A DNA stretch of 64,000 bases. It comes from Octopus sinensis (lineage: Eukaryota). A program made the position numbers and the translations under genes. Shown piece after piece: positions 25,724 to 39,640 of this stretch; positions within the stretch are counted from its first letter, which is position 1; every line of letters starts with the position of its first letter. The DNA is taken from contig NC_043004.1 of the NCBI RefSeq assembly GCF_006345805.1, forward strand, positions 66,030,001-66,094,000, in the 5' to 3' direction. The notes under the pieces are model-generated. The model ran no database searches and was not told the origin of the DNA. It was given only the letters and a program-made list of their open reading frames with translations.

Positions 25724-26427
25724 AGTGTGTATGTGTGTACACATCTATTTGGATGGATGTGTACTGCAGTTGAGTTAAATCAACTAAATGATCATAACTA
25801 TTATCTCAAAGTATAATAGGTCTCTTATCCATTAGAAACCCGTATTGGATTGGAATTTGTTAAGAATGATAATTTAATAAATTTCGAAGATACACAATTC
25901 CCAAATAATCTTTATGATATATTGATTATGTATTCTGTATATAATACTATTCTATATATAATACTATCGAGTAAAGTACAGCCTTATTATTTATCTTAAA
26001 CGATTCTAAATCTTACCTATCATTCGATGTCGTTAGACAGATCTGGATTATATCAGAGAGCTAATAAGATATATTCCTCCAGATTTCATATCCGTGTTCC
26101 TTTTACTTTACACATACATACATGCATACATACATACATTCATACATACATATATACATGCATACTTACATATATACATGCATACACACACACACACATA
26201 CATATATATACATATTTATGTAAAAATATATGTATATATAAGATATTTATGCAAGTGACTAATAAGAAAATGTTATATAGGACCAGTGCATGTGTTATTA
26301 TTGACATAATGACCCTCCACAGACATAGCGAAATTGGTTTCAACAAATGAGGTCATATCAAGAATCTTGCAAATGGAATGCAAAAACGATGTATACAATT
26401 ATACACACAAACGTGTGCACGTATATA

Positions 26428-26468
<41 letters not shown>

Positions 26469-26499
26469 CTTACACGTAACGACAGTTTCTGTGCGGTTA

Positions 26500-27090
26500 C
26501 AATCACACCACGTGCTGGTTGATAATTAACAACTGCTTTTTCAAGTTGATTGTCATGCCAAAATCATCACAAGCTGAGTCAAATGTAGACGATACAAGAG
26601 ATTACAGGCAGGCCTGTTTTAGAGTGACTGACTAGATTGCAATAATCAGCGTATAAGAGTTAAGTAACGAATGAAGTGAAACCCTTTGATTTGAATTTCA
26701 GCCTGCTCAGATTATAAACATTATCTGTAATTCGATATTTTTGGTAAATATCCTTGGAGTTTTGAAAAGCGTGTGACAGCACAGCAGCAAAGTATATTGT
26801 ACAGAGGGTTGGTGCATCAAGGTTTCCTTCATTTACTCCAGTTTCCACGACAAAAGATTCAAAGAGCCTACCACCAACATTAACACTAACCTTCATAACT
26901 TGACACGAAGCCCTGATCATATTTACAAAATCTTGAGGACAATTTTTTCCCCTTAGAATTCGACACAGAGCATTTCCATTAACAGTATCGAATGCCTTGC
27001 AATTGTATTGGGCAAGATTCTGCTCATTGGACTTTTCCTGAAATTGTCAGATAGTAAAGATACCAGTAATTGTGCCCGTGAAGGATCGAA
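26500..27090 (-). mobile_element. RTE (BovB-like) LINE reverse transcriptase remnant
   Basis: KAFDTVNGNALCRIL..CPQDFVNMIR..VETGVNEGNLDAPTLCTIYFAAVLSHAF..IYQKYR..YNLSRL matches KAFDTV/GVKQGCVLAPTLF/YRxDGxLFNLxRL of RTE RTs; DFGMTINLKK downstream. Confidence 0.8.
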
Positions 27091-27907
27091 AGTCACACTG
27101 AGACTCAGACACCGGATTTCGAACTACTGAGGTATATAAAGGTTCTAACAGAATACGGGAAATACCTTTCCAAAAGACAGAAGAGAAATCCCACAAAATT
27201 TAACATGCAGATCTTTATATGTATGTATACACATACACACACACACATATATATGTATATATATATATATATGTCTGTGTGTGTGTGTATAGATATGTAT
27301 ATATGCATATGTGTGTATATATGTATGTATGTATGTATCTATCTATCTATATACACATGTGATATACATATACATGCATACATATACATGCGGCTGTGTT
27401 CGTGTTTCTGTGAATATATCGCTATTTACTAAGTGTATCTCGGAACCAGAAGCTTGTTTGTCAGGTTCCCTTATCTACGCTGCTATGGTATTTGTTTTAT
27501 ACTTAGGACTTTTATTAATACAAATATTACATATTTGTTTACTGGCAACATTATCTTTCTAAAATAGTTGATAAGCAGTTTGCTACATTGGAAAGTTTAA
27601 TGCTTACTCCAGGTCAGTCACTGGCATTTCGTCCGTCCTTACATAATCAGTTCAAATTCTTACATTTCCTCCTTACGGGCTTGTTAAAAGAAGTACCAAT
27701 TGAACACCGGGATCGATATAATTGATTTAACACCTTCATAGGAATTGCTAGTCTTCTGAAACCAGTATTAACTCTAGGTGTGACTATATAAAATATTCTA
27801 TACACGTGGCTATGAATTTGAATTCGGTGTTTGAGCTCTCCCCATCAGATTTTAATCCTAGCGGATCTGATCGCTGATCAAGATCTGATCGTGTATTCCA
27901 GAGGCAA

Positions 27908-27908
<1 letters not shown>

Positions 27909-27962
<54 letters not shown>

Positions 27963-27966
27963 AGAG

Positions 27967-28056
<90 letters not shown>
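27909..28056. repeat. (GA)n microsatellite
   Basis: Direct observation. Confidence 0.95.
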
Positions 28057-28058
<2 letters not shown>

Positions 28059-28369
28059 CTATGTTAAAAAAGGTGTTAGTGGATTATCGTCCACTGTAAT
28101 ACATAGGTATCTAATCAAACTGAAATGAAAATCCTGGCTGAGTGTGTAAGAATATTCAAATCTATCAAAAACAACGCTGTAAATCCGACGCTTTTAATAT
28201 GATTATTGTGAACTTTCAGATGTTTTCTTGCTTTTGAGGGCTCAAAAGGCCGGTTACCTTGTTCCCAAGACATATAAATAACCGCGATCACAACACGTCC
28301 CTTATTGATACGCTGGTCTTCTGTAGGTTTCAAGGCATTTAATGTTGAGGAGAGTTGATAAAATCGAAG

Positions 28370-28535
28370 TTTATTACATCGATCTCACAACTTGACTGTT
28401 ACCTTTTCGCAGCTTTCCTGAATCGATGAAAGACAAAGTTGACCTCAGCGGGTATCGAACTGAGAACGTAAAGATTCAAAAGATATACCGTTAGTATTTT
28501 ACCCGGGTGCTAACGATTTTTGTCCGGTCGCCACC
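28370..28535 (-). mobile_element. Diverged family C SINE
   Basis: GATGAAAGACAAAGTTGACCTCAGCGG...GAACTGAGAACGTAAAGA...CCCGGGTGCTAACGATT. Confidence 0.65.
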
Positions 28536-28899
28536 TTTGTTAAAACATATAGAGCACCGTTCATTCTAGAAAAATATCCAACGTAGTGGCATGATAAAGA
28601 TGTTCCTGTGCAGAAGTATGATCAAAGATTAGACTGAATAAATCCTCGGGCCTTTTCAGGTTACAACGTATATTTTCCATTATGCTATCTTTCCAATGCA
28701 AATTTTAAGACGAAAGCGTATCATTTCAAGTAATTGCTACCACATCGAAATGCTATGTAAAAGCTCCTTCTTTGATCATGTTAAACCCTTTTGTTCTTAT
28801 TAGTGTTTAGCATTAAACTTAAATTGTTCCATTTTCTGTATCATAATCCTAGACATATCCTAAATATTTGTTCTGTAATCATGATTACCCTGTTGGTGC

Positions 28900-29620
28900 C
28901 CCCAGCAATAAATCGTTTACATTTCCAGCAAACAATCTCTTCTTTTATGATATTGTTATATTTAGTCTTACCCTGAAGAAGTCACAACAATCCCCCACCC
29001 CATATCATTGAGTTCCGAACTGTGTTTCATCTCTGAAATATAAGTACACTCTTCAGGTACTTTTTTCTCCGAATTCCACGTATGTATAAACATGTCACGA
29101 AAACATGCCTCATTAGCGACAATGAGAATGTATATATCTCGTCCCAGCCTACTCCTAACAACAGCCTGATTACTCTTAAGACGATACTGCATCGTCTTAA
29201 GCCATTGAAACCGTAAAAGCATACATCAAACAATGTTACGATTCGTCATTTGCAATAGAATATATCTTGTTAGAATGTAATATGTTTTCACATATTGTTG
29301 AAGGAACCTATGTAATCAGGAATAGCTGTAGATATGATTTTAAGACTCTCAACCCGTGGAATATCCAGGATGTGACTTCTGAATTGGCAAATGATAACAT
29401 CAGCTTTCGAGGGTATTCCTGTTTTAGTAGCGAGGGCCAGATATATGTAAAGTGAAATACTTTAATCATGAGCAAAATACATCGCACGTTTCTAGGAGTC
29501 GAAACTACGATCACCCGCACGTCTGACCAATTCTGAGAACTGGCAAGGTTTGAATATTTCATAGTATAGTATCTGATATATACATATACAAAATGATCAA
29601 CTGAAGTTCCTTTCGTCAAA
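28900..29620 (-). mobile_element. Tc1-like transposase remnant
   Basis: ORF 28968-29222 reads ILIVANEACF..HTWNSEKKVPEECTYISEMKHSSELNDMGWGIVVTSSG, collinear with ILFSDExxF..VWR...PEC..TVKH....MVWG...SG; the upstream frame may be the DNA-binding region. Confidence 0.45.
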
Positions 29621-30369
29621 GGATAATACCAATAATATTTAGTTAATTAACATTATACTTAGTTTTATGTTTAAATTAGCTACCACATATGTTGCTCTCG
29701 GTGTCAACGGAATCAATTTCACTGTCCTATAGGTGTTCTAATTAATTATCATAAGGCGGATGCCGCTAAATTAATTCGCTCATCATAGTTGTATAAACTC
29801 TCTAATGGAATCACATTTCACCTGTTTAAATGACTGACGTTCGTAGGCATTATCATTACAGAAGGTTGCCAGAAATATTCTGTACATCGTATGTAGTACA
29901 GCACTAACATTGAGACCTCGTTGGTAGTTGAATAAATTCACACATTTCGTATATATACTACAAGCTGCGATAATAAATATCACCAGATGATTTCATGTAT
30001 AATTTTGATGTAATTTTCAGTCACTGCTTTTAAAGATTTAGTTAATTATATCAAATTCAATACGTGGCCGCAGCCTAGTTTTAACTTAAACGTCCTCTAG
30101 CATGTGGATATGTAACCGTACGTAAATCAACTACACATATACATAAATTTTAACTGTTACACAAATACACACATGTATAACCCTCATTTCTATTAACCTA
30201 GAAACGCATAAACATACATATATAGACCACACTCCCATATACATAAGCGTATATAAATAAACATAAGCATGAAGTTTCCAGACATTGATATACATACATA
30301 CATATATATCGTCACACAAAATATTGGTACAATCAATTAAAAATTAGAAAATCACTGTTAACCACTTGA

Positions 30370-30620
30370 CAACGGTTGACGCAAATATGCGATCACACGT
30401 TTGCTTGCCTATCTGCGGTTGACGTAAAACATACGATGTAGAGCTGCCCTACACCAATCACGGACTTTTTAGCAGCTGACGTATGTTTACGTTCGCTATC
30501 GTGTACTTTATCTCTTGAGGTGCGCGCGCTCGCCGTGCCGTGCATTATCTCAGCTGTTTTAGGTTACGTCCAAGTCATGAGACTAGCAGTAGACCAATGA
30601 CACGCGGATACTTGACATGC
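30370..30620. promoter_or_regulatory. CpG-enriched, motif-dense island (candidate promoter/enhancer)
   Basis: CCAAT at 30454 and 30594, TGACGT at 30420 and 30477, CAGCTG E-boxes, and the run GTGCGCGCGCTCGCCGTGCCG in an otherwise CpG-poor window. Confidence 0.3.
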
Positions 30621-31371
30621 TTAATACTGTGTTTTGAGTTGTACCACATGCAAGCTATCTTTTGAACTTGAGCAGAATAACTCGTGCATATCATAAATAT
30701 GATAAATACCTTCACATAAATAGCTTCGTTTTCAGAAACCGGTAGACGTAAATGTATGACGCTATGTTATTGTAACGGTGAACGTAGATAGACGCGAACC
30801 CGTTGGCACTTGTGTGTTTGTGTGGCCCCGTTAGATAAAAAAATACACAGAACAGTTTCTCGCATGCTTCGGGTAATACAGGCGTCAAGGGGTTAACCTT
30901 CACACTCCCACACTTTGCATCAGTAACGAAACAATGGTAATGTAGAAATTAAGTAAAATCTACAAGTAATTAATATGTGATATTAACTGTTCACCGCCAT
31001 TTATACTTCGCTCCGGGTTAAACATTTCTGAATCAAGTAAAACAATCATTGACACACAAAACCTTAATGCAAGACAAAGGAAAGGACGTTCCATTGCAAA
31101 TAGACAAACATATGTATGTATGTATTTGTTATTATTCAGTTTATTTCAAGAATTTTTGCCAATAGAGAAAGAGGAACCAGTCTCTAGCCTAGATCCAAAT
31201 CTCCTTCATTGGAATTACGGCATCAACAGCAGTGTATTTTTGTATGTACGTATGTATGTAAGTGTGTGTATGTGTTTACATATATAAGTGTGTGCGCGTG
31301 TGTGTCTCTGTGTGTAGACCTACGACATAGACATACAAATGCGTCAAATTTATCTATTTAGCGGTATATAT

Positions 31372-31448
<77 letters not shown>

Positions 31449-31602
31449 TACACACAAACACACACGTATGTACATATATATACTTTCATACATACATATG
31501 CACACTGACACACATACACACACATATCTATATATCTATACGTAAATGCCGAGCGATGGAAATGAGTGCTCAATACCACATTGGCTTACAGAATTTTTTT
31601 TA

Positions 31603-31975
31603 TTGTCTCCCCCTTAGCGAAGGCGGCGGTATTGTTTTTTGTCGCGTTTTTGTTTGTTTGTTTGCTGAACATTGGACAAGATATTACAAAAACTGCTGAA
31701 TGGATTCGGATGAAACTTTCAGGGATGCTTGGCCTCGTGACTGGCATGAACCCATTAGATTTTGGGATCGATCCGGTACCGTACAAGGATTTCGAATTTC
31801 TTTTTCCGCTTTTTTTTAAAATTAATTTTTGAGTTCATTTTTTGTTTTCCCGTTTGTGAGAGAAGTCGAGTTTATTTCAGATATTCTAATTTTAAAACCC
31901 ATCTCTGGCTAATCGTTGAAAAGACATTGCTGATGCCTTGTCGGAGATTTGCGCCCTCTGATTGTTCTTGTTCGT
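31603..31975. mobile_element. Helentron-associated non-autonomous element (HINE/DINE-1-like)
   Basis: TTATTGTCTCCCCC..AGCGAAGGCGGCGGTATTGTTTT..TGTTTGTTTG..TGGATT.GGATGAAACTTTCAGG..ATTAGATTTTGG and terminal CGGAGATTTGCGCCCTCTGA.TG.TCTTGTT match the typical layout of these elements. Confidence 0.6.
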
Positions 31976-33049
31976 GAATTAAGGCTATCATTGGTTTCAC
32001 GTTGAGAAAAATAGGAAATTTTCTTAATATCTTCATTTTCAAGCTGATCGCATAGAGGAACGGTGTTCATCTCCTTTTTGCATAAACATAAAGCCTCGTT
32101 GAATTCATGTCTTTGCTACTCCGTCATTATCTATGATCTTGGACTTGCATTGAAATTGTTTTTTGAGACAGTTGTTTAAAAGGTAGCGGTTTAGAGATTT
32201 GGAGTTGCATTATCTTTCAGGTGTAACTCTGGTGTGTTTATTCTTGGTATCGAATATTGGAATCTCGCACGCAACTCAAAGAAACAAATGCAAGATGCCA
32301 TGTTGCAGCAACTTATGTTCAGAACAGATTCAAAGTAACTATTGCTACAAAAGAAAGAGAGAAGTGTTTCAACTTGAATTGGGGCTGCTGTACTACTGCT
32401 TCCCTAGTGTTGGTCAAAGTTTCTATTGAATATTGGTTGCTTAAAACACGGACAAAATAATTAAATGCAGATTGTACTGCCCAGAAATATTGTCGTCGCT
32501 GGTTACAAGTGCATACAGGTGCAGCATTGTGAATCTAGATGAAGAAAAATTCGCTGCAGATAACATCAGAAAATTAACACCAAATATCTTGCGTCAACTG
32601 GAAAAGATAAACTCATGCAAATGCTTTAGCAATTTCAATAATGAATCAATAAACGGCAGACAAATTTTAATCCTTTCCAATAATAAAAATGATTATTTTG
32701 ATAATCATTTATATTCATTTAACTCAGTCTCAATTTCGAGCATGTTGATGGGAGGGGATAGCTAGATAGGATGGACTAAGTTGCCATATTGGTAATATAC
32801 CTGTTGCTATTTTTATGTCGCATTTTTTCATTTGAGGAATAGTCAACGAAGCATAGAAATGAAATACGTAGTTGAGAAAGTGCTAGCCGACATAGAGGAC
32901 TGAAAGCCATTTGAATATTGGAAAAAGTTAAATGTATCATGATGATTCGCGTTGGGTATTAAAATGCTGGGATCATGAGCGCTGATTAGTGCTCTGTGAA
33001 CACTACCAAAACATTAAAACCCGACATGGACTGCTGCAACTGAGCCAGC

Positions 33050-33480
33050 CAGAAGTGACACAGCAGCATCTCTCACTGCGTCCGCATGCTATATCTCGTC
33101 CCCGTGTCTTTGATCAAATCCTGAGGGTCAATTCAGACAGCGATGTGAGTTTACTGGAGACAGTTGTCAAACGCTGGCTGGAGATATTTTGCTCCTGGAA
33201 GATCAAATATGGCACCATGTGTCGTCTCCTTGTCATACCTCCATAAAGAGTCCTCAGTGGTTCTCGCAGAATTTTCTATTTCACCAGCCCCAATTTCTTG
33301 TCTCCTAATTTCTTCCATTGAAATGGACTACTTTGAGTGGGATGTGGTTGGGAAAGACACTAACAGCACTGCAAGCAACCTTTCGATCGAGCAGTTGACC
33401 AAGGAAAGGAATTTTGCAGATTTTCCCAGGGTCAGGTCTACTCAGAAATTCATGCGCAAGTTTCCGAAGCCATCTTGAGG
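33050..33480 (+). mobile_element. Tc1/mariner transposase remnant (same broad family as 5282)
   Basis: Frameshifted LRVNSDSDVSLLETVVKRWLE / IWHHVSSPCHTS..QWFSQNF / FTSPNFLSPN..MDYFEWDVVGKDTN. Confidence 0.65.
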
Positions 33481-34070
33481 ATATTTTGGAAGTAGATGAC
33501 AGCTGCTCCGAATAATTTCTTAGATCCTCACTATATTCTAGATGATATTTTCAGATTTTTAAAATAGATTTATTTTTGGATGAGATATGCTGGTTTATAT
33601 TCATTTAATGCAGAGACAAATTTAGCTTCAATCCCATTTCTTCACCGATTCCGAAGTGTTAAAGGCTAAGATAACTTCAGTCACAATTGAACCATAAAAC
33701 GCGGTAGAATTGTGGAAGGAGCAATTTAGAAATATCGATGTTTCGAGCTTGATGCCTTTAATTAAATAGCCATTCTTCGCCTTGTTCCAGTGTGGCCTAC
33801 CCAAAATAGTAACATGGAAACACAGTTCACAATGAGAGAGAGAATGCTATGCTTACCGAATGCTATGCTTACCGAATGCTACTTAGCGTAAACATATAAT
33901 ATGAAGAAAAATATCCAAATATCTAACCGAACCACTAAATGTACATTCCATTATCCTTCTCTCTGCACACAAACACTCACCACACACACACACACACAAA
34001 CACACACAAACACACACACGCATGCGCGCACAGAACCATGTATATATATATATATACATATATGTATATA

Positions 34071-34124
<54 letters not shown>

Positions 34125-35860
34125 GTATACATACATATATATACACATATATGTATATAGGCTATATGTGTCTATGCATACATATCTACATACACATACA
34201 TATATACACACATATATTTATATATGCGTATATGTAGACACACATACGCACGAATATATGCATATATATATATATATATATATCATGTGTTTTTACGTTT
34301 GCCTATTTATGCAAATATATAGGCGAACAAATGAGAGAAAATTACACTCTGTATATGAAGTATAGGTTATATTTGTAATTAATCACGGAATAATTCTCAT
34401 ATGTATTAAGTTAATGTTTCACATGTAAGAAAAATTCGCAGTAACACAGTCACTACGCAATTTATTGTCATTTGTTGAGACCGATAAATGTCTGAATGAC
34501 GTTGCTCACTTTCTTTTTTCACTAGACGTAGCGGGGAATATTTAAATCAGGTCATGTAGAAACGTGCAAATTCGGTAACAACACGATATCGATTATTCTC
34601 TTCTATTTCATACTCTAGACACAGTGTTTTGTGATGTCCAGTTAATCTGTTTCTTTCTACAAACTGCACCAAAATTTGACTACGCTTTCCCTGGGAATTA
34701 GAAGTTCTGGTACAGAAATTGACCAAGAGGCATTTGGATTTTTATGGATATTAAAGGAATATATAGGACCAGATTATTATTTAATTGTTACATGTAGAGT
34801 CACAGTGTGAAAATATAATCCTTTTATAAACTTTAGAACTTTAGTCAGGAATCTTATGTGAGGTGAAAACATGTAGTATGGTTTATGGTTTACTTTAGAT
34901 ATGTGTTTCGCAGTTGCATATCAGCCACATATAATTCTATCTGGAAAACGTTTTTCTTTATATGAGTGACTCAGGCGGTCTCGCACGATCCATTCCGTAA
35001 ATGAAATAGGATAGGTTTACTTGGGCCGGGAAAAAAGCTTCGGAAACATGGCAGAACTGGAATTTATTCCCGAAGTACGACATTGCAAAACAACAATTTG
35101 AGGAACAGCATATACCCGGCCGAAAGTACTCTCTATCTGAGGTTACCTAATTCGATAGGGAGTCAATTAAACGATCCAAGTGTTATGAAACTCTACACAA
35201 GTAAATGGTGGATAATGATAATAATTCCGTTCTTCTGCTACAATGATACATCATGGAAGAATAGCAAAATTCAAGCAATCAAATTAAGAAGAAATAATTG
35301 TAAATTCATATGAAGTAAGAATTTCGACATTATATTCTTCTTGATCATAATTATACAGTTGTGTGTGCACCGTATTTTGTTTATTAATCAATGCATGTAG
35401 TGGGATAGATAAAATGCAACAAGCTTAAAATGCATTGAGTATAAACAGAAAATTCATTTATTCATAACCGGTTTCAATTTCTCAAGATTTCCAGAAGTGT
35501 GAAGTTTGAAGGACGTGGATATAGCGTCAGAAACTATAGATTTATTTACACATATGTATGAAATGTCCAGTCCTTCAATCATCTAAGCGAGTAAGATAAT
35601 TGAATTAGAGTGTGACAGGGTATTAACATAATTCCTTGTCAAAATCAACGTGGTAAATTATGACACTAGTGGCCATTTAAATTAAAACTAAGCAGGTTTA
35701 AACACTGGATATGGATCACGCCCAGATGTAGCCCTTTCGAAATACACCACATGAGGAATTGAACTCGAAACTACAACCACATGAGTGCAAGGTATGCTTG
35801 TCAACCATTCGGTGTAACTGCTGCAACATGCACATATATATATATATAGTTATATGTATG

Positions 35861-35909
<49 letters not shown>

Positions 35910-35913
<4 letters not shown>

Positions 35914-38300
35914 AAAGAAAATCCTGAGTTCTATACAAATCAAAATCCTAGCAAGAGGTTTAAAATTTACCCCCCCCCCCGCAGATCGAACCCAAATGAA
36001 ATTAAGGACAATACTTTGGACCTCTGCCGAAAATTACACCTCACGGAAGCTCCTTACAACTAAACCAGTGAAGATGATTCAATAGTGAAAAACAAAAGTG
36101 AGTACCTTCCTACAAAAGGTAGAAATAAAGCACTTGATGTTTTCTGTGATCACTAATTTGTTTTCCTTACAGTACCATTCCAAAACAAGATATTAAATCC
36201 AACCTTAATTTAAATGAATGGAAAGACCTTGTCGAGCTAAAAAATGACATAAACCTCACTATTAAAAAAGCCGACAAAGGAAGTGCGGTAGTATTGATGG
36301 ATACAGAGTACTACAAAAATGTAATACTTTCCATGTTGGAAAATAATACTTACCATGAGAAATTAACATATTACAACCCACAGAAAACACTGAAAACTTA
36401 ACTTCCTTACTCCAAATTTATGGAAAGGGTCGTACTACACCTTAAATAGACTATTTATCCAATTTCAAATACAGTCCTAGTCTATTCTACGGATTACCCA
36501 AAATACATAAAAATCCACATATTTGCGAAGCTTGCACATTCTCTACAAGCCTATGCATTAATGTCCCTCCCCCTACTGACCTCAAACTGAGACCCATCAT
36601 AGCTGGCCCTTCTTGTGAAACCCACAGTTTTAAAATATGTGAAAGGCTTTATCAGGGATGACCTAGACATGTTGAACCACCTCCCGAGGACAGTAAAGGA
36701 CGAAACACTGCTGGTATCTTTCGATGTGGTGAATCTATACACCAATATTCACACGACTATGGTATAGAAGCAATCACATTTTGGCTAGAAAAATACCCAG
36801 AAGAGATCCCAGGACGAATAAACCACAATTTTATAATGGAAGCACTGAAATTCATCCTGCTGAACAATCATTTCTCGTTCGATACTACTTACTATCGACA
36901 AAAATGCGGAATTGCAAGGGGAACCAGAGCTGCTCCAGTGATTGCAAATCTCGTAATGGGTTACCACGAACTCAAGTTATACCAATCATCACTAGAAAAA
37001 TATGGCACCTCTTTTAATTGCTACTAAAAGGAGAACTGGAAGAGATATTTAGATGATTGCTCCATTCTTTGGAAAGACAGCATGGATCAACTCCTTGATT
37101 TCAAAAGAATGCTCAACAACATACACAGCAATATATAATTCATTATGGAACACAACAGTAAGCAACTCCCTTTTCTAGACACCTTAATTAGAATAATTAA
37201 CAACCACATAGAAAGAGACATCTTTTATAAACCAACAGATTCTAAACAATACCTATCACTTAACTCCTGCCACGCCAAACACATAAAAATCAACATACCC
37301 TTTAACCTAGCGAAAAGAATCTGCACGAAGCCTTCAACATCGTCACCCAAAATCTTTCCATCCTCACAGCAGACAAAACAATGAACGAAATTTTAAGCTC
37401 ATATAAAATTATAAAAAGCAAAAAGCAACCGAAGTCACTGAAAAAATATTAACCAGCGCTAGACTGTATCCACTAACAACAGAGCCAAAAGTGACAAAAT
37501 ATGGACGTTCTAACTGTGGAGCATGCCCCCACCTTCTGGAGGGTTCACATTTTCACTTTAAACAAGGAGAAATATTTAAGATCAAATCAAATTTCACCTG
37601 CGCCTCAGTAAATGTAATCTAATGGATAGGATGTGGTAAACTCTATATTGGACAAACAGGAGTTTCGCTCCGTCAACGAATCACCATTCACAAAGAGCAA
37701 TTCCGTCACCCACAATACAGACAGTTAAAGGTAAGTGAACACATAGAAATGTGTGCCAGGAATCTTAATCCCAATTTCCAAATCTTTCCCTTTTATTAAT
37801 GTTCACAGAACACCACAATTCAACAAAGGTTGAATAAAGAGGCATTTTTCATCAATAAATTTCTCCCCCAACTAAATATGAACACACAACTCAATACAGA
37901 ACACCACTAACTCTTCAATTGAAACCACTAACCCCTAAACATTTCCAACACCACTCACATCTCTAAATCCAGAACTACTTACTTCCCTTACAAATAATCC
38001 GGAACTACGTACCTCCCTTACAAATAACATTTTTCTCAGGAACTATTAGACCTGACAGTGTATTAGCCGGTGTTTTCAAAGCGATGAATAGCTTTTGGCC
38101 GAAACCATGATTCGCTTTCTTCTCTTACTTTATTATCATCTTATAATCATCTCATAATAATGAACTTTATGACTCTAAATGTATATATTTGTCGTTACCT
38201 GTCATAAATAGCCTTTTTTATTTGCAATGTGCATTTTCGTTGATTTTTCATATTTTACCCTTACATTTCCACGTGTATTTTATATTTTCTTTTTGTAAAA
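35910..38300 (+). mobile_element. Penelope-like element: disrupted RT plus C-terminal GIY-YIG endonuclease and 3' UTR
   Basis: ARGLKFTP; IKKADKGSAVV; FYGLPKIHK; LRPIIAG; LVSFDVVNLYTNI; GIARGTRAAPVIANLVMG; RYLDDC; LPFLD; FYKPTDSKQYL; NIPFNLAKRIC; then CGKLYIGQTGVSLRQRITIHKEQ. Many stops and frameshifts; 5'-truncated at (TA)n. Confidence 0.92.
38068..38112 (+). ncRNA. Degenerate hammerhead at the 3' end of the Penelope element
   Basis: AAAGCG-ATGA-ATAGCTTTTGGCC-GAAAC-CATG-ATT-CGCTTT; helix I AAAGCG/CGCTTT intact, but the CTG of the core is missing. Confidence 0.4.
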
Positions 38301-38306
38301 TATTCC

Positions 38307-38362
<56 letters not shown>

Positions 38363-38446
38363 ATAATATGTGCATATGTATATATAAGTTTATATATATA
38401 TATGTGTATATATATATATGTATGTGTATATATACATATATATCAT

Positions 38447-38479
<33 letters not shown>

Positions 38480-38804
38480 CATATACATAAATACATATAT
38501 ATACATATATATTTACACACACATGCATACATGCATATATATGTTAGTGTGTGACGGTATGTGTGATGCGTTTCCATGAATATGTTTTTTCTTCGAAATA
38601 TGGGAAAAAAACTTATAACAAAGGAAATTTCTAGAAGAGATAGACAGATTAAAAGGTGTAATTTTCGAAGGAGATAAACACGTGAAAGAGTTGGCGGCGG
38701 GTGGGAAATGTACATTACAGAAGAACGGATTATGACTGAAATGTATAATGTATTTTATTAATAAGAAAGAAAACATAGAAAGTACAATGACGGAATTGAG
38801 TAGC

Positions 38805-39020
38805 AGCAGCAGCAGTATTATTGTTCTTTTCTTCTTGTTCTTGTTCTTGTTCTTGTTGTTGTTGTTGTTGTTGTTGTTCTTCTTCTTCTTCTTCTTCTTC
38901 TTCTTCTTCTTCTTCTTCTCTTCTTCTTCTTCTTCTTTTCTTCTTCTTTTTCTTCTTTTTCTTCTTCTTCATTTTCTTCTTCTTCTTCTTCTTCTTCTTC
39001 TTATTATTATTATTATTATT
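38805..39020. repeat. Compound (AGC)n/(TTG)n/(TTC)n/(TTA)n microsatellite
   Basis: Direct observation. Confidence 0.95.
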
Positions 39021-39589
39021 GAGTGAGAGAGCAGTGCATGCCATCAAAGTGCCACTGATGTAATATATACGATGCCTAGTTCACCCATCATAACTACCCA
39101 TCTGATAAGGGTACACCAGGCACATGCATCACAACCGTATGTGTGCCACATAGTGATCTCATATCAAGATAAACAGCACATGACCTTGAAGGTGTGGCCC
39201 ACTTAGAATTTTCTTCTGCTCGAGTAGCCTTTCCCGCTCAAAAGATCCCCGATTAAGGGTTGTTTAAGGATGTTGAATGAAACACCCATGTTTCCAGAGG
39301 TGAATTATTCAAACCCCAAAGAATCCCTCTCAACACATGGGTATGATGCTTCCCCACTACTTCTGCTTGTGGTCAGAGATGCACATATCGTCAGCCACTA
39401 AGAGACATGCTCAACTGGTTAAGGTCAAACAACTGACAAGCAAATCTATGGCATTGAGCAGAATATTTGCTGTAGCCCATCTTTTATACCAAGACATAAC
39501 AATGTACATGATAACATTTCCAATCAGTTAAGATTAGAAGCCACGAGAGCCACTGCCTGGTACTGCATTATTATTATTATTATTATTAA

Positions 39590-39640
<51 letters not shown>

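Noticed and set aside
28952-29032. 61-nt segment with strong splice signals and a TGA that might be selenocysteine (DETQFGTQ*YGVGDCCDFF)
   Set aside because: Another frame matches Tc1 transposase motifs continuously across the supposed acceptor; no SECIS identified; phases do not join the next candidate exon.
32199-32765. Protein-like ORFs possibly from a Mutator transposase
   Set aside because: Similarity too weak to name a family; open frames of this length are expected by chance several times in 64 kb.
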